A program made the translations under genes and the position numbers. From Candidatus Omnitrophota bacterium (GTDB taxonomy: Bacteria > Omnitrophota > Gorgyraeia > JAFGHF01), in contig JBHPFV010000001.1 in assembly GCA_042571705.1 (NCBI GenBank), positions 110,630-174,629 of the forward strand: DNA of 64,000 nucleotides, read 5' to 3'. Shown here piece after piece: positions 32,796 to 41,759 of the stretch. How positions within the stretch are numbered: the stretch's first letter is position 1; every line of letters starts with the position of its first letter. The notes beneath the pieces were generated by a model. It did no database searches. It worked only from the letters and a program-made list of their open reading frames with translations, and was not told the origin of the DNA.

Positions 32796-35693
32796 ATGTT
32801 TGATTTTGTTAAGAATATGATTATGGGCTCGCAGAGCGAGCGGATCCTCAAAGGCTTTCAGCCGGCGGTGGAGAAAATCAATGGCTTGGAGCAAGCTATC
32901 TCGGCGCTAACCGACGCCGAATTAAGGGCCAAGACCGCGGAGTTCAAAAGTTATATCAAGCAGAAGTCCGGCGAATTCCAAAGTCCCTTAGCCGAGTTGG
33001 AGCAACAGCTCAAAGAAGTGGCCACTCCTGATGAGAAGCAGAAGATTAAGCTAAGAATTCGCGATATCAATAATAAAATTTTAGAGGATATTTTAGCGCC
33101 GGCCTTTGCGGTAGTGCGCGAGGCGGCCAAACGCACCATCGGACTGCGCCATCATGATGTCCAGCTTTTAGGCGGGATGACCTTACATTACGGAATGATT
33201 GCCGAGATGGCCAACGGCGAAGGCAAGACTTTAGTGGCCACGCTGCCGGCCTATCTGAATGCCTTGAGTGGAGGTGGCGTGCATATAGTTACAGTCAACG
33301 ATTACTTAGCCCGCCGGGACCGTTACTGGATGGGACCGATCTATGAATTTTTAGGCCTTACGGTAGGGACCATTCAGCATGATCTGGATGACCAGCAAAG
33401 ACAGGCGGCCTACAATAGTGATATTACTTACGGGACTAACAATGAATTTGGTTTTGATTATCTGCGCGACAATATGAAATTCCGTAAGGAGAATATGGTC
33501 CAAAAAAAATTCAATTTTTCGATTGTTGATGAGGTCGACAGCATTTTGATTGATGAGGCCCGCACCCCCTTGATTATTTCCGGTCCGGCGGAAGAGGCGA
33601 CCGATAAATATTATCAGGCCGATAAGATTGTGCGTAAATTAAACGGCCGCAAGATTACCGACAAGGAAGAGATCGAGGCCAAATATAACGATATCGATTT
33701 AACTAAAGGATTCGATTTTATAATTAAAGAGAAAGAACACCTGGCCTACCTGACCGAAGAGGGCGAGAAAAAGGTCTCTGAGCTCTGGGGGGTAGAGAGC
33801 CTCAGTACCGTGGAGAACATGTCCTTGAAGCATCTTTCCCAACAGGCCCTGCGGGCGCATAATATGTTTCAGCGTGATGTGGCCTACATAGTTAAAGAAG
33901 GGGAGGTAATCATCGTCGATGAGTTTACCGGCAGGCTGATGCCCGGCCGGCGCTGGAGCGACGGCCTGCATCAAGCCGTGGAGGCTAAAGAGGGCGTGAA
34001 GATCGAGAGAGAAAATCAAACCTTAGCCACGGTTACTTTTCAAAATTATTTTCGCATGTATGAAAAGCTATCCGGGATGACCGGTACCGGAGCGACTGAG
34101 GCCCAGGAATTCCATCACATTTATAAGTTAGATGTGGTCAGCATCCCGACCAATAAGCCGGTGATCCGCGATGATCTGGCTGATACTATTTATAAGACCG
34201 AGCAGGAAAAATTCAAGGCCGTGGCCGATGAGATTATTGAGAGCAATAAGGATGGCCGTCCGGTCTTAGTCGGCACTATTTCCATAGAGAAATCAGAACG
34301 CTTAAGTGAAGTGCTGCGCCAGCGGGGCATCAACCATCATGTCTTAAACGCCAAATATCACGAGATGGAGGCGCATATTGTGGCTCAGGCCGGGCGCTTA
34401 CACGCGGTAACCATCGCCACCAATATGGCCGGACGGGGAACAGATATTCGCTTAGGCGGCAATTTGGAATTTATGGTTAACGATGCCTTACAGCAAAAGA
34501 AGGTTATGCCCGGTGATGCTAACTTTACTCAAGAGCGCCAAAAATTAGTTGAGGAGTTGAGTCCGGAAATAACCGCGGAAAGTGAAAGAGTAATGGAGTT
34601 GGGCGGACTTTGCGTGATCGGCACTGAGCGCCATGAATCAAGACGGATAGATAATCAGCTGCGCGGCCGTTCCGGACGCCAGGGGGTGTCGGGGGCTTCG
34701 CGGTTCTACCTGTCTTTGGAAGACGATTTAATGCGTATCTTTGCCTCCGACCGGATTAGCCGGATTATGGAATTTTTCAAGTGGGAGGAATCGATACCGA
34801 TCGAACATCCGCTAATTACCAGAAGTATTGAAACCGCTCAGAAAAGGGTGGAGACACACAACTTTGAAATCCGCAAACAGCTTTTGCAATACGACAATGT
34901 GATGAATCGTCAGCGTGAGATAATCTATGAGGAAAGACGCCATGTCTTAGAAAACACTGATCTTAAAAGACATATCTTTGAGATGATTGAGGAGTTAGCC
35001 GACAATCTAATCGATCTTTACGCCAATGAGCAAATCCAGCCTGAAGAATGGAATTTAGCGGGCTTAACAAATCAGATTAAATCGCAATTCTTTTTAGAGA
35101 TTAAACAGTTAGGCTCAGGGCTGACCCGCGAGCAGATTAGAGAGCAGATAGTCAAGGCGTTGCGCTGGCTCTATCAGAAAAAAGAAGAACAATTCGGCGC
35201 GGATAATCTGGATAATTTGATCCGGATCGTGATGTTGCAGATAATTGACGCCAAATGGAAGGACCATTTGTACAATATGGATTTCTTGCGCGAAGGCATT
35301 GGTCTACGCGGTTATGGCGGACACGATCCTTTAGTCGAATATCAACGCGAGGGCTTCGATATGTTCAGCCGGATGATTGCCGGGATTAAAGACGAGGCCT
35401 TAGAATATATCTACAAAGTGAAACCGGTAAAAGAGGAACACGCGGCCAGCGTGTTTAGCCAAATCCCGCAGCAATTTCTGCACCCGCAGAGTCAAGGGAT
35501 TAAGGATTTGCCGCGACCAAAGCCCGAAGAAAAAAGTTTTACCCCTCCGCAGAGGCCTCAGGCGCCAGCTCAACCGAGCAGCGAAGTCGCGCATCCTTTT
35601 AAAAGGGATGAGCGTAAGGTCGGAAGGAATGAGCCCTGTCCTTGCGGAAGCGGAAAAAAATTCAAAAAATGCTGCGGAAAAAATGCTGCTTAG
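32796..35693 (+). CDS. secA: preprotein translocase ATPase SecA
   Basis: 965 aa with a typical N-terminus, DEAD-motor motifs (DEVDSILIDEARTPLIISG) and a C-terminal zinc motif (CPCGSGKKFKKCCG). Confidence 0.95.
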   Translation: MFDFVKNMIMGSQSERILKGFQPAVEKINGLEQAISALTDAELRAKTAEFKSYIKQKSGEFQSPLAELEQQLKEVATPDEKQKIKLRIRDINNKILEDILAPAFAVVREAAKRTIGLRHHDVQLLGGMTLHYGMIAEMANGEGKTLVATLPAYLNALSGGGVHIVTVNDYLARRDRYWMGPIYEFLGLTVGTIQHDLDDQQRQAAYNSDITYGTNNEFGFDYLRDNMKFRKENMVQKKFNFSIVDEVDSILIDEARTPLIISGPAEEATDKYYQADKIVRKLNGRKITDKEEIEAKYNDIDLTKGFDFIIKEKEHLAYLTEEGEKKVSELWGVESLSTVENMSLKHLSQQALRAHNMFQRDVAYIVKEGEVIIVDEFTGRLMPGRRWSDGLHQAVEAKEGVKIERENQTLATVTFQNYFRMYEKLSGMTGTGATEAQEFHHIYKLDVVSIPTNKPVIRDDLADTIYKTEQEKFKAVADEIIESNKDGRPVLVGTISIEKSERLSEVLRQRGINHHVLNAKYHEMEAHIVAQAGRLHAVTIATNMAGRGTDIRLGGNLEFMVNDALQQKKVMPGDANFTQERQKLVEELSPEITAESERVMELGGLCVIGTERHESRRIDNQLRGRSGRQGVSGASRFYLSLEDDLMRIFASDRISRIMEFFKWEESIPIEHPLITRSIETAQKRVETHNFEIRKQLLQYDNVMNRQREIIYEERRHVLENTDLKRHIFEMIEELADNLIDLYANEQIQPEEWNLAGLTNQIKSQFFLEIKQLGSGLTREQIREQIVKALRWLYQKKEEQFGADNLDNLIRIVMLQIIDAKWKDHLYNMDFLREGIGLRGYGGHDPLVEYQREGFDMFSRMIAGIKDEALEYIYKVKPVKEEHAASVFSQIPQQFLHPQSQGIKDLPRPKPEEKSFTPPQRPQAPAQPSSEVAHPFKRDERKVGRNEPCPCGSGKKFKKCCGKNAA

Positions 35694-37185
35694 TATCTTT
35701 TTATCCACTGTCTCAGCAATTCTTTTAATCCTTTCTTTTCCAAAACCCGATCTGGGGTTTCTGGCCTGGATTGCTTTTGTACCTTGGTTGTTTGCCCTTA
35801 AGCAAAAAAGGCTAAAAGATGCCTTTCTGTTATCCTATCTAGTCGGGATAATATATTTCTCCGGCGTAATTTATTGGATCAATCACGTCAGCAGTTTAGG
35901 GTTTTCGATATTGGTGTTGTATCTGGGACTATATTTTGCCCTGTTCGGATTAATTGTTTCAGTCTTCAGTCGAAAATCTTCGGTCTTCAGTCTTTTGGTG
36001 ATTCCCTGTGCCTGGGTCACACTGGAGTACGTCCGCAGCCATTTGTTTAGCGGATTTGGCTGGGCCCTGTTAGGTTATTCGCAATACCGCTATTTGCCGA
36101 TTATCCAAATTAGCGATTTGACCGGGGCCTACGGGGTATCGTTTCTGATTGTTTTGGTTAGCTGTGGGATCTGGCAGCTAATTCATGCCTTGCAGAACAA
36201 ATTTTCTATAAAGAAGATTATTCTTATTGTTGTCTGTATTTTATTTCCGGTGCTTTTAGCCTGGGGATACGGCTATTACCATTCCCGAATCGCGATCCCC
36301 GGGCAAGTGATTAAAATAGCGGTAGTGCAGGGCAATATCCCCCAACGCTTGAAATGGGACCCGGAAGCCAAGGAAGATATTTTAGAGATTTATACCGCGC
36401 TGACCAGAAAGGCAGCCGCCGATCATCCGCAAATAATTATTTGGCCGGAAACCTCGGTGCCGGGATATTTAACTGAAGATCGAGAGTTGTTAGAACGGAT
36501 TAGCCTTTTATCACAAGAGATCGCTCCGGCTTATCTTTTAGTCGGCACGCCTCACGTCGGAGAAGAAAGAAAAGTTTACAACAGCGCGACTTTATTGCTC
36601 AAAGGCAATATTATTCAACGCTACGATAAATTACACCTGGTGCCTTTCGGTGAATTTATTCCGGGACAGCGCTTTTTTTCGCGTTTTTCTTTTGCCGAAT
36701 TAATCGGTAACTTCAGTCCGGGTGAGGATTATACCGTGTTTACCCTGTTTCGGACCGTGCCGATGACTAAAATAGGCGCCCTGATTTGTTTTGAGGATGT
36801 ATTTAGTTATCTGGGCCGGGGGTTTAGCAAAAAAGGGGTGGAGATTTTAGTCAATATGACCAATGATGCCTGGTTCTTTGATTCCTCCGAGCCGACGCAG
36901 CACCTGCAGGCCTCGGTGTTCCGGGCGGTGGAGAACAGGGTCAATGTAGTGCGCAGCGCCAATACCGGAATTTCTTGTTTTATTAATCGTTGGGGTAAGA
37001 TTGAGGCCGGAGTTACTGATGCTTCAGGAAAAGACGTGTTGGTGGCCGGGCAGAAGACGCACGATGTCTATGTAACCAGCGCTCTACCTGGTTTCTACAC
37101 CACCTACGGCGACATCTTCGCCTGGCTCTGCATAATTTTTAGCGGTACCTCGCTTTTTTGGTGGTCTCGCAGGCGTCCGTTTTAG
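35683..37185 (+). CDS. lnt: apolipoprotein N-acyltransferase
   Basis: ATG 35683 (overlapping the secA end) gives MLLSIFLSTVSAILLILSFP.... Multi-TM N-terminus plus a CN-hydrolase domain (IIWPETSVP, ALICFEDVF). Confidence 0.85.
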   Translation: MLLSIFLSTVSAILLILSFPKPDLGFLAWIAFVPWLFALKQKRLKDAFLLSYLVGIIYFSGVIYWINHVSSLGFSILVLYLGLYFALFGLIVSVFSRKSSVFSLLVIPCAWVTLEYVRSHLFSGFGWALLGYSQYRYLPIIQISDLTGAYGVSFLIVLVSCGIWQLIHALQNKFSIKKIILIVVCILFPVLLAWGYGYYHSRIAIPGQVIKIAVVQGNIPQRLKWDPEAKEDILEIYTALTRKAAADHPQIIIWPETSVPGYLTEDRELLERISLLSQEIAPAYLLVGTPHVGEERKVYNSATLLLKGNIIQRYDKLHLVPFGEFIPGQRFFSRFSFAELIGNFSPGEDYTVFTLFRTVPMTKIGALICFEDVFSYLGRGFSKKGVEILVNMTNDAWFFDSSEPTQHLQASVFRAVENRVNVVRSANTGISCFINRWGKIEAGVTDASGKDVLVAGQKTHDVYVTSALPGFYTTYGDIFAWLCIIFSGTSLFWWSRRRPF

Positions 37186-37191
37186 ATTTAA

Positions 37192-37244
37192 TTGGGAACA
37201 GGTCCTTACTTTTGTTAATAATCTGGAGAGGACCAGTTCCTCAA
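37192..37244 (+). repeat. GGAAC-N-GTTCC-family hairpin (arms 37195-37205 / 37230-37240, 24-nt loop containing TTAATAATCTGGAG)
   Basis: GGAACAGGTCC pairs with GGACCAGTTCC (5+5 bp with a central A.A mismatch). It lies 7 nt after the lnt stop. Confidence 0.6.
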
Positions 37245-37260
37245 GACAGCGGTTATCTTT

Positions 37261-37857
37261 ATGGCTATATATTGGCTGACTAAATTTTTGTTTGGCGCCT
37301 TTGCCAGAATATGCTTCCGGTTGAAGGTGGAGGGGCTGGAGAATCTGCCTAAACAGGGCGGCCTGATCCTGGCCGCTAATCACGCCAGTTCCCTAGACCC
37401 GTTTATCCTGATCGCGGCTATTCCGCGTTATGTTCGCTGGCTGATAGTGTATGAATTTTATGATGTTGCGTTTTTGCGGCCTTTATTGCGCGCGATGCGC
37501 TTTATTCGCCTGGCCAACAACTTACCTAAAACGGCCTTCCGGGCACTGCAGCAAGGCGAAATGATAGGTGCCTTTCCCGAAGGAAGACGCAGTTGGGGTG
37601 GAGCAGTCGGGCCGGGCCGGCCGGGTGTAGCGGCTTTGGCCCGCAAGACCGGCGTGGCTATTGTTCCGGTAGCTATTGTTGGTTCCTATGATGCCCTGCC
37701 GCGCACCGGCCGCGGCTTGAGATTGCGCCCAATCACGGTGCGTATCGGTGAGCCGTTGCGTTTCCCAGCCCCCGCCAAAAAATCAGAGGCCGCAGCGGCC
37801 GATCAAGAGAACATCGCCAAACTAATGCAAACCATCTCCCACCTCCTCCAACGCTAA
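37261..37857 (+). CDS. plsC: 1-acyl-sn-glycerol-3-phosphate acyltransferase
   Basis: 198 aa with the HX4D motif (NHASSLDP) and FPEGRRS. Confidence 0.8.
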   Translation: MAIYWLTKFLFGAFARICFRLKVEGLENLPKQGGLILAANHASSLDPFILIAAIPRYVRWLIVYEFYDVAFLRPLLRAMRFIRLANNLPKTAFRALQQGEMIGAFPEGRRSWGGAVGPGRPGVAALARKTGVAIVPVAIVGSYDALPRTGRGLRLRPITVRIGEPLRFPAPAKKSEAAAADQENIAKLMQTISHLLQR

Positions 37858-37901
37858 TTCCATAACCATTTTTGCGGCTTTCACTCGGCATTTTGTGCTT
37901 G

Positions 37902-38160
37902 CTTATGAGAGAGCGGAGTGTTTTTGTTTAGCGAGCATCAGCAATTTTTTGGCAACAGAGTTGTGTGCATTTACAGTGAGCAAATGGCGGAACTGACCGA
38001 GAGACACCAGATTATATTCTTACGAGGGAATTCCGCCAAATTTGCGAATTGCCTCTCCTTAAATTCACAATTTAGCAGGCCGCGAGCGAAGCGAGTGGTA
38101 AATGCCACAACTCGGCAAAAAATTGCAGCGAGCGGCAAAAATACGCAGCTCTCTCATTAG
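37902..38160 (+). ncRNA. copy A of a ~260-nt structured intergenic element (candidate novel ncRNA)
   Basis: Helices: 37905-14/38148-57; 37918-26/38136-44; 37941-51/38116-26; 37958-65/38106-13; 37967-74/38098-105; 37985-92/38031-38. All are matched in copy B with compensatory changes. The ORF 37918..38160 is not conserved in copy B. Confidence 0.55.
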
Positions 38161-38175
38161 TGCTGAACTCTCTGA

Positions 38176-38205
38176 TTGACAAGGTATCGGCTTATAGTAT
38201 ATAAT
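38176..38205 (+). promoter_or_regulatory. sigma70 consensus promoter (TTGACA-18 nt-TATAAT) for lysS
   Basis: TTGACA at 38176-38181 and TATAAT at 38200-38205. Confidence 0.6.
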
Positions 38206-38250
38206 AGGCTGATTATTAGCAGACTAATGGCTGCTTAGCCTCCGCCTTTG

Positions 38251-38300
38251 TGAAACTGTTCCCAACCCAATTATTAGCAGGAGGTAGGGGAACTGTTTCA
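38251..38300 (-). repeat. GGAAC-N-GTTCC-family hairpin, inverted orientation (arms 38252-38263 / 38288-38299)
   Basis: GAAACTGTTCCC pairs with GGGAACTGTTTC (central mismatch). The reverse complement of the loop contains GCTAATAATTGGG, like the 63416 copy. It lies in the lysS 5' leader. Confidence 0.55.
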
Positions 38301-38350
38301 AGCAGCAGCTGAAGCAGAGGCCTAAACCTAACGCCAAAACGTGTTAAACT

Positions 38351-39772
38351 ATGGATGAAGTTAGATTACAGAAACTAGAGGCGATTCGCAAAAGCGGGAC
38401 CTGTGCCTATCCGCGCCAGTTCATTAAGTCCTCTGTTATCAAGGAGTTAGTGGATAATTTCCAGGAGGCCAAGGTAGTCCAGACCGCGGGCAGGATTACG
38501 GCTCTGCGCACTCACGGTAAAAGTCTGTTCGGTGATGTCAGTGACGCTTCTGGCAAGATCCAGTTCTATATTAAGCTCAATGCCGTAGGCCAGGAGCAGT
38601 TTGAATTCTTCGTTAATAACATCGATATCGGGGATATTGTTGGGCTTAAGGGCGAGCAGTTTAAGACCCGGACCCAGGAGCCGACCATCGCGGTGGCTGA
38701 ATTTACCTTGTTGTCCAAGTCGTTGCGGCCGTTACCTGAGAAATGGCACGGCTTAAAAGACGTAGAGATTCGCTTCCGCCAGCGTTATCTTGATCTGATT
38801 GCCAATGAAAAGGCCAAAGAAATATTTATTTTGCGCAGCCGGATCGCCTCCAAGATTAGGGAATTTCTCGACCAGCGCGGTTATCTGGAGGTAGAGACAC
38901 CGATGCTGCACCAATTAGCCGGCGGGGCCACCGGGAATCCTTTTAAGACCCATCATCAGGCCTTGGACGCGAATCTATTTTTACGCATTGCCCCGGAGCT
39001 TTACTTAAAGAGGCTTTTAGTCGGCGGGTTTGATAAAATTTATGAACTCAACCGTTCCTTCCGCAACGAAGGTATTTCTACACGGCATAATCCTGAATTT
39101 ACGATGCTGGAGGTCTACACCGCTTACATAGATTGTGAGCAGGTGATGCAATTGACCGAAGAACTGTTTAAATTTTTGGCCCAAGAGTTACTGGGGAAAC
39201 TGAAGCTTGAATTTCAAGGCCGGACCATTGATTTGAGCCGCTGGGAAAGGATCTCTTTTCAGGAATTAATGGAGAAGAATTTTGATATTCATCCCCACGA
39301 AGATAAATCGACCTGGGTGGCCAAGATCCAGAAAAAAGGGATTAAGCTGGAACACCAAAAGTTGAGCCGGACCCAGATTTTAAATATTGTCGCCGACTTA
39401 ATCGAGCCGGAGGCGGCCCAGCACCCTGTGTTTGTGACTGATTTGTACGCCGAACTCTGCCCGTTAGCCAAGACCAAGAAGGATAACCCGCAATTGAGCG
39501 AAAGGTTTGAGTTGTTTATCAGCGGCTTAGAAGTAGCCAATGCCTATTCTGAGCTGAATGATCCCCAACAGCAGCGTCAGCGTTTTTCCGAACAGCTGGC
39601 TGAAAAAGATGAGCAACAAAAAATAGATGAAGATTACCTGCAGGCCTTAGAGTACGGTATGCCGCCAGCGGGAGGCCTAGGAGTGGGCATCGACCGGTTG
39701 GTGATGCTGTTTACGGATTCGGCGTCAATCCGGGAAGTGATCCTGTTTCCGCAACTAAAACCAGAAAAATGA
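38351..39772 (+). CDS. lysS: lysine--tRNA ligase (class II)
   Basis: 473 aa with an OB anticodon-binding domain plus class II motifs (…FRNEGISTRHNPEFTMLE…, …GGLGVGIDRLVMLF…). Confidence 0.9.
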   Translation: MDEVRLQKLEAIRKSGTCAYPRQFIKSSVIKELVDNFQEAKVVQTAGRITALRTHGKSLFGDVSDASGKIQFYIKLNAVGQEQFEFFVNNIDIGDIVGLKGEQFKTRTQEPTIAVAEFTLLSKSLRPLPEKWHGLKDVEIRFRQRYLDLIANEKAKEIFILRSRIASKIREFLDQRGYLEVETPMLHQLAGGATGNPFKTHHQALDANLFLRIAPELYLKRLLVGGFDKIYELNRSFRNEGISTRHNPEFTMLEVYTAYIDCEQVMQLTEELFKFLAQELLGKLKLEFQGRTIDLSRWERISFQELMEKNFDIHPHEDKSTWVAKIQKKGIKLEHQKLSRTQILNIVADLIEPEAAQHPVFVTDLYAELCPLAKTKKDNPQLSERFELFISGLEVANAYSELNDPQQQRQRFSEQLAEKDEQQKIDEDYLQALEYGMPPAGGLGVGIDRLVMLFTDSASIREVILFPQLKPEK

Positions 39773-40956
39773 ATTGGGAATTATTAGTCAGTTGGCGTTA
39801 TTTTAAAGCTAAGCGTAAACAGCGGTTTATTTCGCTGATCAGCCTGATTTCGATTTTAGGGATTGCCCTTGGCGTAATGGCCTTGATCGCGGTAACTTCA
39901 GTGATGAATGGTTTTGACCAAGAGCTGCGGGAAAAGATTGTCGGGATCAATCCGCATATCTTAATTGAAAAGGCCGGGGGCCTGGCTGATTTCGAGCAGA
40001 TGCTTTTGACTTTGGACGAGCGCGAAAACGTGGTCGGGGCCGCCCCTTTTATTAACGGCCAGGCCCTATTTAAGGCCGATTCCGGAGTCCAGGGAGTAAT
40101 GCTCAGGGGGATTGACCCGGTCCGTGAGCAAAAAGTCACCAAAATAGGTCAGTATTTAGTTGCCGGCAGCTTCGATTTAGCTAAGGATGAAATAATAATC
40201 GGCGCCGAGCTGGCCAAAAGGTTTTATCTAGATTTAGGCGATGCGGTGGCAATTATTTCTTCTGAGAAAGGCCGGAGTTTTGATTTTACCGTGGCCGGAA
40301 TTTTTAATTCGGGAATGTATGAGTATGATCTGAATTTGGTGGTCACCAATATTGCCGCCGCCCAAGATATTTTTAAGCTTCCCGGAGTAGTCGGCGGGGT
40401 GGGCTTGCGTTTAGATGATCTTTATCAGGCTCAACAGCTGCGTCAAGAGTTACAACAGCGCTTAGGCTATCCATACTGGGTCAGAGAGTGGATGAGCATG
40501 AATAAGAATTTATTCAGCGCCTTAAAATTAGAAAAACTGATGCAATTTGTGATTACCGCCTTGATTGTAGTAGTGGCTTGTTTTAGCATCGTGGGCACGC
40601 TGATCATGATGGTGATGGAAAAGACTAAAGACATTGGTATCTTAAAGGCGATCGGCGCGACCAGCGCCGCGGTAAGGAAGATGTTTATGCTGATTGGCCT
40701 GATTATTGGCACGATCGGGACTCTCTTAGGGGCGCTAGGCGGGGTTTTACTGTGTCGTTTCTTGCAAACCTCCGATTTAATCAGTCTGCCTAAAGATATT
40801 TATTATATTGCTACTGAAGGCGTGCCTGTACAAATGCGCGGAGTAGATATCGCGATTATTCTCGGCGGCGCTTTAGTAATTGCGCTAATGGCCACGATTT
40901 ATCCGGCGCATCAGGCCGCTCGCCTTGAGCCCGCTGAGATACTTCGTTATGAATAA
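39769..40956 (+). CDS. lipoprotein-releasing system permease LolC/LolE family
   Basis: 395 aa. WRYFKAKRKQRFISLISLISILGIALGV... with a MacB/FtsX-type fold, followed by lolD. Confidence 0.8.
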   Translation: MNWELLVSWRYFKAKRKQRFISLISLISILGIALGVMALIAVTSVMNGFDQELREKIVGINPHILIEKAGGLADFEQMLLTLDERENVVGAAPFINGQALFKADSGVQGVMLRGIDPVREQKVTKIGQYLVAGSFDLAKDEIIIGAELAKRFYLDLGDAVAIISSEKGRSFDFTVAGIFNSGMYEYDLNLVVTNIAAAQDIFKLPGVVGGVGLRLDDLYQAQQLRQELQQRLGYPYWVREWMSMNKNLFSALKLEKLMQFVITALIVVVACFSIVGTLIMMVMEKTKDIGILKAIGATSAAVRKMFMLIGLIIGTIGTLLGALGGVLLCRFLQTSDLISLPKDIYYIATEGVPVQMRGVDIAIILGGALVIALMATIYPAHQAARLEPAEILRYE

Positions 40957-41638
40957 TACCGAAAACAGCCCTAGTTTATTAAAGACAGAAAATCTTTACA
41001 AGATTTATAAAGATGGTAAAATAAATTTAGAGGTGCTCAAGGGGATCGAGCTGGAAATAAAGCCGGCTGAGGTCGTTTGTGTGATCGGCCCTTCCGGGGC
41101 AGGTAAATCTACACTGTTGCATCTCTTAGGCGGGATCGAGGCGCCATCTTCGGGAACGGTGCTCTTTGAAGGAATGGATTTATACAAGCTTAGTGAGCGA
41201 CAGCGAGCCGGGATTAGAAATAAAAGAATCGGTTTTGTGTTTCAGTTTTACCATCTTTTGCCGGAATTCAGCGCGTTGGAAAACGTAATCTTGCCGGCTT
41301 TAATAAATCGAACCGACTACGCGGCGGCAAAAGAGCGGGCCGTTGAGCTTTTGGAATTAGTTGGCCTGGGAGCAAGAAAAGAACACCAGCCCAGCCAACT
41401 CTCAGGAGGCGAACAGCAGCGGGTGGCGATTGCCCGGACGCTGATTAATGATCCGGACATCATCTTCTGTGATGAGCCCACGGGTAACTTAGATTCGGAA
41501 CGCGGCCAGGAAATTGCTCAGCTTTTGCTGAATTTAAATCAGGAACAAGCAAAGACATTAGTAATTGTCAGTCACGAAGAAAGACTCAGTGAAATTGCCA
41601 CCAGGATCGTGCATATCCGCGACGGCCAACTGGTTTAG
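40949..41638 (+). CDS. lolD: lipoprotein-releasing system ATP-binding protein LolD
   Basis: ATG 40949 overlaps the permease stop. Walker [10 protein letters not shown], signature [13 protein letters not shown], Walker [13 protein letters not shown]. Confidence 0.85.
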   Translation: MNNTENSPSLLKTENLYKIYKDGKINLEVLKGIELEIKPAEVVCVIGPSGAGKSTLLHLLGGIEAPSSGTVLFEGMDLYKLSERQRAGIRNKRIGFVFQFYHLLPEFSALENVILPALINRTDYAAAKERAVELLELVGLGARKEHQPSQLSGGEQQRVAIARTLINDPDIIFCDEPTGNLDSERGQEIAQLLLNLNQEQAKTLVIVSHEERLSEIATRIVHIRDGQLV

Positions 41639-41671
41639 GATGAAAAAGACAGCCAAAACCTAAAACCAATG

Positions 41672-41712
41672 CCCCGAACGGGACAGTTCCTTTAGGGAAC
41701 TGTACCTCGGGG
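41672..41712 (+). repeat. GGAAC-N-GTTCC-family tight hairpin after lolD
   Basis: CCCCGA...ACAGTTCC-tttag-GGAACTGT...TCGGGG. It has an 8-bp inner and a 6-bp outer stem and no T-run. Confidence 0.55.
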
Positions 41713-41759
41713 TTGCAGCAATAAGCGATGCGGATAGCTTAAGCAAAAAGGAGTGTAAA

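Noticed and set aside
37918-38160. 80-aa ORF (MFLFSEHQQFFGNRVV...) as a protein-coding gene
   Set aside because: The paralogous copy at 63485-63748 has an indel near the start and an in-frame TGA (…IYGE*APK…). Conservation is at the nucleotide and base-pairing level, so the region is better explained as a structured non-coding element.
37902-38160. The structured element as a retron msr/msd, TnpB/IscB omega-RNA or classical MITE
   Set aside because: No reverse transcriptase, TnpB/IscB or transposase gene is adjacent to either copy. The flanks are inverted rather than direct repeats, so there are no target-site duplications. Internal helices covary, which TIR recognition would not require. 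Insertion into pre-existing hairpins remains an open alternative.
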